Shown: positions 40,315 through 48,513 of the stretch, in pieces | Layout of the letters: every line of letters starts with the position of its first letter | How positions within the stretch are numbered: the stretch's first letter is position 1 | From: an uncultured Planctomycetota bacterium | GTDB lineage: Bacteria > Planctomycetota > PLA2 > JAEUHO01 | Direction of reading: 5' to 3' | Length of the DNA stretch: 64,000 nucleotides | NCBI GenBank assembly: GCA_963752285.1 | Contig: CAVVXN010000005.1 | Span: 1,664,001 to 1,728,000, forward strand | The notes under the pieces: generated by a model | The model's input: only the letters and a program-made list of their open reading frames with translations | What the model was told of the DNA's origin: nothing | The model's database searches: none | Position numbers and translations under genes: made by a program

Positions 40315-41502
40315 TCAACGCCAGCGCTTGCGCGTCCGACGGGGCGCGCCGCTCGACGGCGGACGGCGTTCCCCGCCGGCCACGGGCCGGACCGGCTGGA
40401 CGGACGGCGGCGACGGATGGTGCGGCTGCGTGCCCGCGATCGGCGACGAGGGCGGCGTGCCGAGGTCCAGGGGCACGATGCCGTCGGGGAGGTAGCCCTC
40501 CATGGTCCGGATCGCCTCGTCCGCGTTCAAGTAGCGCTCTTCGCGCACCTTCGCGGAGAGCTTCGCGATCAGGAAGTACACCTCCGGCGTGACGCGCCGC
40601 TGCTTGATCTTCTGCGCGTCCACGTTCGACAGGATCTGCTTCGCCATCACCTCGTAGTCGGTCTCGCCGTGGAACGGAACCTCGCCGACCACCATGTGGT
40701 AGAGCGTGATCCCGAGGCTGTAGAGGTCGCTCCGCGCGTCGAGGTCGGCACGACCCCGCGCCTGCTCGGGGGAGAGGTACTCGACCGTGCCCACCGTCGT
40801 GCGGCTCTCCTCGCCGCCCTCGCCGCCCACGCCCTGCTTCCCCACGAGACCGAGGTCGATCAGGCGCGCGAGCCCGGACGCCTCGACCATGATGTTCCCC
40901 GGCTTGATGTCGCGGTGCAGCATGCCGAGCCCGTGGAGGTAGGAGAGCGCGCGCGCCGCCTGGAGCGCGACGGACAGCGCCTCGTCGCTGCGAAGGAACC
41001 CCCGGCGCTCGATCACCTCGAGCACCGTCACGCCGTCCACGAGGTCCATCGAGTAGAAGTGCCATCCGCCCTGGCAGCCCACCTCGTAGCCCGCCACCAC
41101 GTTCTCGTGGTCGAGGGCGGCGTGCAGGTTGGCCTCGCGGTAGAAGCGGTCGCGGTAGTCGGGACGGAGCGCCTGGACCGGGTCGAGCACCTTCACGGCG
41201 ACCGGCGTCCCGTTGGGGAGGTACGTCGCGGCGTAGACGTTCGCCATGCCGCCCTCGCCCACCCACGACTCGAGGCGGTAGTCCGCGAACGGCTGGGCAT
41301 CGAGGGGCGGCGGCGCGTGGAGCGGGGCGAGCGCGCCGGCCGGCAGGTCGCCGCGCTGGTAGAGAACCTCCTCGAGCGTGTGGATCCGGCCCGCCTCGAG
41401 CTGGCGCCCCTGGTCCTCCAGGGCGGCCCGGAGCGTCGTCTCGTCGAGGACGCCGACCCGGAGCAGGCGACGGGCGAGCTCGAGGTCCTGCCGCGTCGCC
41501 AC
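40315..41502 (-). CDS. Hanks-type Ser/Thr protein kinase, cytoplasmic
   Basis: GEGGMANV, VAVKVL, HRDIKPGN, DLG, GTVEYLSPEQ, DLYSLG; no TM segment. Confidence 0.95.
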   Translation of the reverse strand: MATRQDLELARRLLRVGVLDETTLRAALEDQGRQLEAGRIHTLEEVLYQRGDLPAGALAPLHAPPPLDAQPFADYRLESWVGEGGMANVYAATYLPNGTPVAVKVLDPVQALRPDYRDRFYREANLHAALDHENVVAGYEVGCQGGWHFYSMDLVDGVTVLEVIERRGFLRSDEALSVALQAARALSYLHGLGMLHRDIKPGNIMVEASGLARLIDLGLVGKQGVGGEGGEESRTTVGTVEYLSPEQARGRADLDARSDLYSLGITLYHMVVGEVPFHGETDYEVMAKQILSNVDAQKIKQRRVTPEVYFLIAKLSAKVREERYLNADEAIRTMEGYLPDGIVPLDLGTPPSSPIAGTQPHHPSPPSVQPVRPVAGGERRPPSSGAPRRTRKRWR

Positions 41503-41505
41503 GCG

Positions 41506-42942
41506 TCACATCGTCCTGAGCGACGAGAGCAGACGCTCGATCGACGTGCCGGCCTCGCCCCACGCGCTGTCGGGGCACGCCGCGAGGAGCACCACGCGGC
41601 CCTCGCCGCGGTCCACCACCACCGCGACGGTGCGCACCTTCTCGCCGTGGAGGGTGCCGCGGAGCACCATCTTCCAGCCCACCGGGAGCCCCTCCCCGAG
41701 GTCGGCGCGGGCCGAGAGCACCTCGAGATCGGGACAGACGAGCCGAAGCCGCGAGAGGAGGCGGGCCTCCGCCTCGTCGGCGCCGGGCGCCGCGCGCGCG
41801 CCCGACGGGTCCCACTCGACGCGCACGTCGGCCACGAAGAACCGGCTCTCGAGCGACGCGACGCGACGCGAGCCCGTCTGGCCGGGGACGCCCTCGACCC
41901 GCTGGACCTTCCAGGTGTCGCCCGGGAGGCGGAGCGTCAGACCGATCTCGGGGATCCGCACGAGGTCCGCGCCGCCCGCCTGCTCGTCGCGGCGCGCCTC
42001 CTCCGACGCCGCCTTCGCCTGCGCCGCCGTGGCGGGCACGGCCACGACGCCCTCGGTGATCCACTCCTCGAGCACCTCGGCCTCGCGGAACCGCGAGACG
42101 AGCCGGACGCCGTCCTCCTCCCACACGAACTCGTCCCAGGCGTCGCCGTCGGGGCCCTTCACGCCGAGCGACGAGAACCCCGCGCGCGCGGTGGCGAGCC
42201 GGGCGTGCTCCTCGTCCACGAACGCGACGTCCCGGACGCCCGCCTCGCGGGAGCGGAGGAGGTGCTCGCGCGTCCCGAGCCGACCGCGGACGCCGGACGG
42301 CACGTCGAGCTTCTTCTGGGTGCCCTGGTCGCCGTCGCGGACGAGCACGGTCCAGACCGCGTCCTTCACCGGCCCCGTCGCGACGCGCTCGTACCGGGGC
42401 GGGCCGTCGGTGCCGGGCGCCGCCTCGTCCACCTCGCGGAACCGGAGCGCGCGCGGGAAGAACGCGAGGTCCACGTCCTCCGACCGGAGTCGCCGGATCT
42501 CGGGGACGTGGGGCCCGCGACCGAACGTCACGACCTCCTCCTCGAGGTGCCACCCGGGCTGGCCCTCGCCGAGGACCCGTCGGAGCACGAGGTGGCGCGT
42601 GCCCACCGTGCGCCCGTCGGAGCGGAGCAGGTACCACGCGTCGCGCACCGTCTCGGGGGAGGGCGGGGGGCCGCACTCCGAGCCGCGCACGACCTCGGTG
42701 ATCATGTCGCGCGGGAGGCGCATGCGGCCCTCGCCGCCGGTCTCGGACGGGAGCGCGAGGACGATCGCGTCGTGGCCCTCCTCGACGATGCGCCCCTCGA
42801 ACACGCTCCCGTTCCTCAGCGTGACGCGGTCGAGCCGGGCGGGCGCGTCGTCCCCCGCGCGCACCGCTCCCACGAACGCGAGCACGCCGACGAGACCGAC
42901 GGCGAGGAGGAGGAGCAGACGGAGCGGCCCGATCCGGCCCAT
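41506..42942 (-). CDS. Exported hypothetical protein
   Basis: Signal peptide; N-terminal DRVTLRNGSVFEGRI motif; coding-like codon bias; PsbP-like character at the C-terminus. Confidence 0.7.
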   Translation of the reverse strand: MGRIGPLRLLLLLAVGLVGVLAFVGAVRAGDDAPARLDRVTLRNGSVFEGRIVEEGHDAIVLALPSETGGEGRMRLPRDMITEVVRGSECGPPPSPETVRDAWYLLRSDGRTVGTRHLVLRRVLGEGQPGWHLEEEVVTFGRGPHVPEIRRLRSEDVDLAFFPRALRFREVDEAAPGTDGPPRYERVATGPVKDAVWTVLVRDGDQGTQKKLDVPSGVRGRLGTREHLLRSREAGVRDVAFVDEEHARLATARAGFSSLGVKGPDGDAWDEFVWEEDGVRLVSRFREAEVLEEWITEGVVAVPATAAQAKAASEEARRDEQAGGADLVRIPEIGLTLRLPGDTWKVQRVEGVPGQTGSRRVASLESRFFVADVRVEWDPSGARAAPGADEAEARLLSRLRLVCPDLEVLSARADLGEGLPVGWKMVLRGTLHGEKVRTVAVVVDRGEGRVVLLAACPDSAWGEAGTSIERLLSSLRTM

Positions 42943-43034
42943 CCGGAAGATCCTACCCTCAGCCTGCACAGCCCACGCACTGTCGTGAATCGCACGGCCC
43001 CGCGGCCGCCCGGCCGGGCGCGGCGAGGACGCGT

Positions 43035-44969
43035 TCAGGACGACGCGCGGATCTGGCGCCGGTCCCCGGATCGGCGCGTGAAGCCCGATCGGTCGAACGC
43101 CTCGAGCAGCGGGATCACCCACTTCCGGGTCGAGCCGAGCAGCGTGCGCGCGTCGGACGGCGTGAACCCGCCCCGTTCCCGGGCGAGGCGGGCGAGGCGC
43201 TCCTTGGCCGACTCGACCCACGCCCCGTCGAACCACAGGTCGCCCGCCTGGAAGGCCTCGCCCCGCGTCTTGAGGATCTTGAGCGCCCGGAGCACGCGCG
43301 GGCGCGAGAGCCCGAGGTCGGCCTCCAGGTCCTCCACGAGGGGCGGCTGGGCGCCGCCGCGCCGGAGCGCGGCCCGGAGCTGGTCCACCTCGCGCTGGTC
43401 CTCCGGCGACAAGGACGCCTCGTGCGACGCGAGGCGCAGCGCGTCCTTCCCCTCGCGCACGAGCCGGCCCCGGGCGACGAGGTCGTCGAGCGCGGCGTCG
43501 AGGACCGCCGGAGAGACCCGGCCGGCCGCGGTCCTGACCAGGGAGACCGGGAGGTGCCGGAGGGCCTCGTCCTTCGCGTGGAGCTTCGCCGCGCCCGCTT
43601 CCAGGCGCCGCCGCACCTCGTCGAACGCGGAGCGGAGGATCCACAGGTCCCGCGCGTGACCGAGCCGGAGCGCCTCGTCCGCGAGGACCATCGCCTCGAC
43701 GGCCGCCTCGAGGGCCCGCGGGAGGAGCCCCGTGGCGCGCGCGATCTCGGCCGGACGCGCGCCCGCCTCGCCCGCGCGCCGGAGCTCGGTCATGAGGAGC
43801 GCGCGCGGGTCGTCGAGGTGCTCCGACTGCTCGAGGAACGCCGCGACGAGGCCCGTACGCCGACGGGGAAGGCGGGCGGGCAGCACCGCGACCACGACGC
43901 CGCCCCCGAGCGTCGCCGAGGCGTTCTCCGCGCGCACGACGAAGCGGTCGCCGGGCAGCGCCACGACGTCCTCGAACGTCTCGAGCTCGCCGATCGTCGT
44001 GCCCCCGGGCTCGAGCGCACGCGCCTCGAGGAGGTGGAGGCGAGCCTCCCACTGCCCGGCGCCCACGTGGAAACGGACGCGGGACCGGGCCTCGAGCGGG
44101 CCCTGCTCGGCGAGGAGGCGCAGACGCACCGCGAACCGCCGGGCGGGCAGGACGGCGCCGGCCTGGCAGACGACCATCCCGCGCCGGATCTTCCCGGCCG
44201 CGACGTCGGAGAGGGCCAGCGCCGTGCGGCGGTGCGGCCGCGCCTCGACCGCACCGCGCTTGTGGACCTCGATCCCGCGCACGCGCCCGGTCCAGCCCGG
44301 GGGCAGGATCTCGACCCCGTCGCCCTCGCGGACCCGCCCCGCGAGCGGGATCCCGGTCACGACCGCGCCCCGGCCCTCCGCGACGAACGCGCGCAGGATC
44401 GGCATGCGGAACGCACGAAGATCGTCGGCCTCGGTGTCCCGGGCCGGAGGGAGCGCGTCCGCGATGGACCGCCGCAGGAGGTCGAGGCCCTCGCCCGTCG
44501 CGCTCGAGACCCTCACCATCGGCGCGGCGGGGATGCCCGTCCGCTGGAGGAGGTCCCGGGTCTCCTCCTCCACGATCTCGATCGTCTCCTCGTCCGCGAG
44601 GTCGATCTTCGTGATCGCGACGACGACGCGCGTGACGCCGAGCAGGTCCAGGATCTGGACGTGCTCGCGCGTCTGCGGCATCGGGCCGTCGTCGGCCGCG
44701 ACGACGAGCAGGACCAGGTCCACGGCGGTCGCGGCGGCCACCATCGTGCGGACGAGCCGCTCGTGGCCGGGCACGTCGAGGAGGCCGACCTCGGTCCCGT
44801 CGTCGAGCGCGAACGCCGCGTACCCGACGTCGATCGTCATCCCCCGTTCGCGCTCCTCCTTCAGGCGGTCCGTGCGCTCGCCGGTCAGGCGCTCGACGAG
44901 GGAGCTCTTGCCGTGGTCGATGTGACCCGCGGTGCCGAGGATGACGCGACGGACGGCGGTGGCGGTCAT
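43035..44969 (-). CDS. selB: Selenocysteine-specific translation elongation factor
   Basis: GTAGHIDHGKSSLV..LTG..TDRLKEE.ERGMTID, DVPGHER, TKID; C-terminal winged helix STRKWVIPLLEAFD...TRR.GD.R. Confidence 0.96.
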   Translation of the reverse strand: MTATAVRRVILGTAGHIDHGKSSLVERLTGERTDRLKEERERGMTIDVGYAAFALDDGTEVGLLDVPGHERLVRTMVAAATAVDLVLLVVAADDGPMPQTREHVQILDLLGVTRVVVAITKIDLADEETIEIVEEETRDLLQRTGIPAAPMVRVSSATGEGLDLLRRSIADALPPARDTEADDLRAFRMPILRAFVAEGRGAVVTGIPLAGRVREGDGVEILPPGWTGRVRGIEVHKRGAVEARPHRRTALALSDVAAGKIRRGMVVCQAGAVLPARRFAVRLRLLAEQGPLEARSRVRFHVGAGQWEARLHLLEARALEPGGTTIGELETFEDVVALPGDRFVVRAENASATLGGGVVVAVLPARLPRRRTGLVAAFLEQSEHLDDPRALLMTELRRAGEAGARPAEIARATGLLPRALEAAVEAMVLADEALRLGHARDLWILRSAFDEVRRRLEAGAAKLHAKDEALRHLPVSLVRTAAGRVSPAVLDAALDDLVARGRLVREGKDALRLASHEASLSPEDQREVDQLRAALRRGGAQPPLVEDLEADLGLSRPRVLRALKILKTRGEAFQAGDLWFDGAWVESAKERLARLARERGGFTPSDARTLLGSTRKWVIPLLEAFDRSGFTRRSGDRRQIRASS

Positions 44970-45073
44970 GGTCGGAGGGGGTGGGTAGCCTTCCCGGGTT
45001 CGAGCGGGGCCATGCTACCCACGGTCCTCGTCGATCGACGTCGGCGGCGCGCGATTCGCGTCGAGGAGGGTCC

Positions 45074-46851
45074 GTGCGCCCGGTCGAGACCCGTTGGTCC
45101 CTCGCGAGGATCCCGCCCGAGGCCGAGGCGCGGGAGATCCCGGCGCTGACGCGGACCCTCGGCGTGTCCCCGCTCGTCGGCCGGCTCCTGTGGCTCCGCG
45201 GCGTTTGCGACGAGGCGCGCGGGCGCGCCTTCCTCCTCCCGCGGCTCAAGGATCTCGCGCCGCCGTCCGCCCTGGTGGACGCCGACCGGGCCGCCGCCCG
45301 GGTCGCGGACGCCGTGCGGGGGGAGAGCGCGTCGCGGTCTTCGGCGACTACGACGTGGACGGCATGACGGGAACCGCGCTCCTCGTCCGGTTCCTCGCGC
45401 TCGCGGGCGCCGACGTCGTGTGGAGCCTGCCCGACCGGCAGGGCGACGGCTACGGCCTCTCCGTGGCCGCGGTGGACCGCCTCGCCGACCGGGGCGCCCG
45501 GGTCGTGATCACGGTGGACAACGGGGTCAGCGCCCACGAGGCGATCGGCCACGCCGTCGCGCGAGGGCTGGACGTCGTCGTGACCGACCACCACCTGCCC
45601 GGCGCCGCGCTCCCCCCCGCCTACGCGGTCCTCGACCCGCAGCGCGCGGACGCGAACGGCCAGGGCCGGGACCTCTGCGGATGCGCGCTCGCGTTCAAGC
45701 TCGCGTGGGCGGTCGCGGAGCGCCTCCGCGCGGCGGCGAGGCCCGACGGGGTCGAGCGGCTCCGCGCGTTCCTCCGCGACGCCGTCGGGCTCGTCGCGCT
45801 CGCGACGATCTCCGACGTCGTCTCGCTCCGCGACGAGAACCGCATCCTCGTGACGGCGGGGCTCGCCGCGCTGCGGGGCTCCGAGCACCCGGGGATCCGC
45901 GCGCTGCTCGAGTCGGCGCGACTCGGAGCGCTCCCGCTCACGACGGAGGACGTGGCGTTCAAGATCGCGCCGCGCCTGAACGCGGCGGGTCGCGTCGCGC
46001 GGCCCGACCTGGTCGTGGACCTCCTGACCGCGTCGGACGACGCGACTGCGCGGGGAATCGCGCGGCGCCTCTCGGACGCCAACGCCGAACGGCGGCGCGT
46101 CGAGAAGACGGTGCTCGGACCGGCCCTCGAGCAGGCGGGCCGTCTCCTCGAGGGCGACGAGCGGAGGAGCCTCGTCGTCCACGGCGAGGGCTGGCACCGT
46201 GGCGTCATCGGGATCGTCGCCGCGCGGCTCGTGGACGCGCACCAGCGCCCGACGGTCGTGATCGGCTTCGACGGACGCGAGGGCCGCGGGTCGTGCCGCA
46301 CGCCGTCGCACGTGAACCTGCACGATGCGCTCGTGCGCTGCGACGCGCACCTCTCGCGCTACGGCGGGCACGCCGCCGCGGCGGGCCTCGAGATCGACCG
46401 GCGCGAGGTCGAGCGCTTCGCGGACGCCTTCGAGGAAGCGGTGCGGGAGCAGACGGGCGCGCGCGTGCCCGCCCGCACGCTCGAGATCGACGCGGTCGCC
46501 GGCGCCGACGACTGGTCGCTCGACGTGGTGGAGTCGATCGGTCGCCTCGCGCCGTTCGGTCAGGGGAACCCGGAGCCCCTCTTCCTCGTCCGGGGCGCGG
46601 CCGTGGCCGGCCGCCCGCGCCTCCTGGGAAGCGACGGCGTGCACCTCTCCTTCGCGCTCAAGCAGACCGGGGGCGCGATCCGGGTGGTCGGCTTCCGGAA
46701 GTCCGAGCACCTGGAGCTCGCCGCCTCGGGGGGCGCGCTGGACCTCGTGGTGACCCCCATGACGAACGAGTGGCGAGGCACCCGGACGGCCGAGCTCTCG
46801 CTGGTCGATGCACGCCCGGCGGGCGAGGGTCCCCCGCTCGACGGCGCGTAG
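45074..46851 (+). pseudogene. recJ: ssDNA exonuclease RecJ with one frameshift in a G6 run (45318-45323); possibly a sequencing error
   Basis: N-terminus (GAGGAGG SD, GTG 45074) is in one frame; GDYDVDG, TVDNG, TDHH, APRLNAAGR, GGHAAAAG, PFGQGNPEP are in another; one extra G restores AVRGGERVAVFGDYDVDG. Confidence 0.88.
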
Positions 46852-46866
46852 GCCCCGCGGCGGGTC

Positions 46867-47235
46867 CTACTCCTCCTCGTCGGCCCGGGCGTGGAGCGAG
46901 CCGGGGCAGCCGGCGGGCGGCGGGCCGTCGTCGAAGAAGACCGCGACGTGGCGGGAAACGCCCTCGGTGGCGAAGTCGAGCTCGACCCTGAGGATCACCC
47001 CCGCCGTGCGCCCGAGCTCCGCCAGCGTGGCCCCGTCGGAGACGAGCGGGTGGACCAGGACCGCGCGCTCCCCCTCGAGCACGGCCTCCTCCAGGTCGCC
47101 GATCTGGACGAGGGCGCCGAGCCGACCCAGGTTCACGATGCGGACCGAGATGCGCCGTCCGCCGGAGAGACAGAGCTCCCCGGCGACGTTGACGGCGTGT
47201 CGCTCGGCCCGACGTCGATCGCCTTCCCTCGCCAT
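46867..47235 (-). CDS. Stand-alone PilZ domain protein
   Basis: RxxxR (RRAER) and an NxxxxG variant (NLGRLG) of the D/NxSxxG motif; about 120 aa. Confidence 0.75.
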   Translation of the reverse strand: MAREGDRRRAERHAVNVAGELCLSGGRRISVRIVNLGRLGALVQIGDLEEAVLEGERAVLVHPLVSDGATLAELGRTAGVILRVELDFATEGVSRHVAVFFDDGPPPAGCPGSLHARADEEE

Positions 47236-47335
47236 GGCGACCGATGCTACGGGCGTCCCCACCGAAGCGGTAGGTCCTTCGGGCGATCGAGGCGGCCCCG
47301 CCGGGCGGGTCGAACGGCGTGGTAGAGAGACGCGG

Positions 47336-48379
47336 GTGACCGCCCCGACGCCCGACGAACCGGACCCGCTGTGCCCGCGCCTCCCGGCCCCCCTCGCGGC
47401 GCTCGCCGGGTTCCTGATGGGCGCGGCCGACGCGGTGCCCGGCGTCTCGGGGGGCACGATCGCGCTGGTGGTCGGCGTGTACGACCGGCTGATCGCAGCG
47501 CTCTCGCGCGTCGTGAGACTGCCCTCGCTCTCTCGCGACGCCGAGGGGCGCCGGCGGCTCGGCTCCGCCCTCGCCTTCCTCGTCCCGCTGCTGGTCGGCC
47601 TCCTCGCCGCGTACTACATCGGCACGCGCCTCCTCGTGGGGCCGGAGGACCACCCGGGCTGGCTCCGGCGCGCGTCCACCGCGCCGCTCTGCTACGCCTT
47701 CTTCTTCGGGCTCGTGGTCGCGAGCTTGCGAGAGCCGTGGCGACGCATCGGCCGACGGCGCCTGGGGCACGTGGCCCTCGCGCTCCTCGGCGCGGCGCTC
47801 GCCGCGCTCTTCGCGGGACTCCCCCACACGGCCGGCGAGGTCCCGACGTGGACGCTGCTCTACGGCGGCGCGGGCGCCGTCGCGGTGATGCTCCTGCCCG
47901 GCGTCAGCGGATCGCTCCTCCTCGTCGTGCTCGGCCAGTACACGACCGTCGCCGGCGCGGTCCACGACCGCCACGTGGGAACGCTCCTCGTGTTCGTCGT
48001 GGGCGTGGTCGTCGGGGTCGCGCTCTTCGTGCCGTTCCTGCGCCACCTCCTCCGGCGACACCACGACGCGACGCTCGCGGTGCTTACCGGGCTCATGGCC
48101 GGCTCGCTCCGCGCGCTCTGGCCGTGGAAGTCGGGATACGACCCGAAGGCCGGGTCGTTCGAGAACGTCTCCGTCGGCGACGGTGTGCCGGCGGTGGTCG
48201 GGTTCCTCCTCCTCGGGCTCGTCGCCGCGTGGGGGCTCTCCCTGCTCGAGCGCCGGCTCGCCCCGGGCCCGTCGAGCGACCCGGGCACGTCGGGCCCGCA
48301 CGGCCCGCCGACGGCTACGCCCGGCGCCCGCCCGGCGGACGCGGGCGTCGAGCCGGAGGTCGCCTCCCCCGACGCGTGA
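47336..48379 (+). CDS. DUF368 membrane protein (undecaprenyl-phosphate translocase family)
   Basis: GFLMGAADAVPGVSGGTIA and the repeat MLLPGVSGS; GSL..LWPW. Confidence 0.92.
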   Translation: MTAPTPDEPDPLCPRLPAPLAALAGFLMGAADAVPGVSGGTIALVVGVYDRLIAALSRVVRLPSLSRDAEGRRRLGSALAFLVPLLVGLLAAYYIGTRLLVGPEDHPGWLRRASTAPLCYAFFFGLVVASLREPWRRIGRRRLGHVALALLGAALAALFAGLPHTAGEVPTWTLLYGGAGAVAVMLLPGVSGSLLLVVLGQYTTVAGAVHDRHVGTLLVFVVGVVVGVALFVPFLRHLLRRHHDATLAVLTGLMAGSLRALWPWKSGYDPKAGSFENVSVGDGVPAVVGFLLLGLVAAWGLSLLERRLAPGPSSDPGTSGPHGPPTATPGARPADAGVEPEVASPDA

Positions 48380-48513
48380 CGGCCGACGGAGTGGGCCCCA
48401 CGACGGGGCTCGGACGCCGCGCGGCGCGCCCCGTGGGCCCCCCTACGCTGGGGGCGTTGGGCCAACGCCGGCGCCCCTTCGCGAGCGCGCCCCGGCCCGG
48501 ATGGGAGGCTCCG

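Noticed and set aside
42943..45073. tRNA-Sec (selC), selA or selD beside selB
   Set aside because: No tRNA-like fold with a TCA anticodon and no such ORFs were seen; they must lie elsewhere if present.
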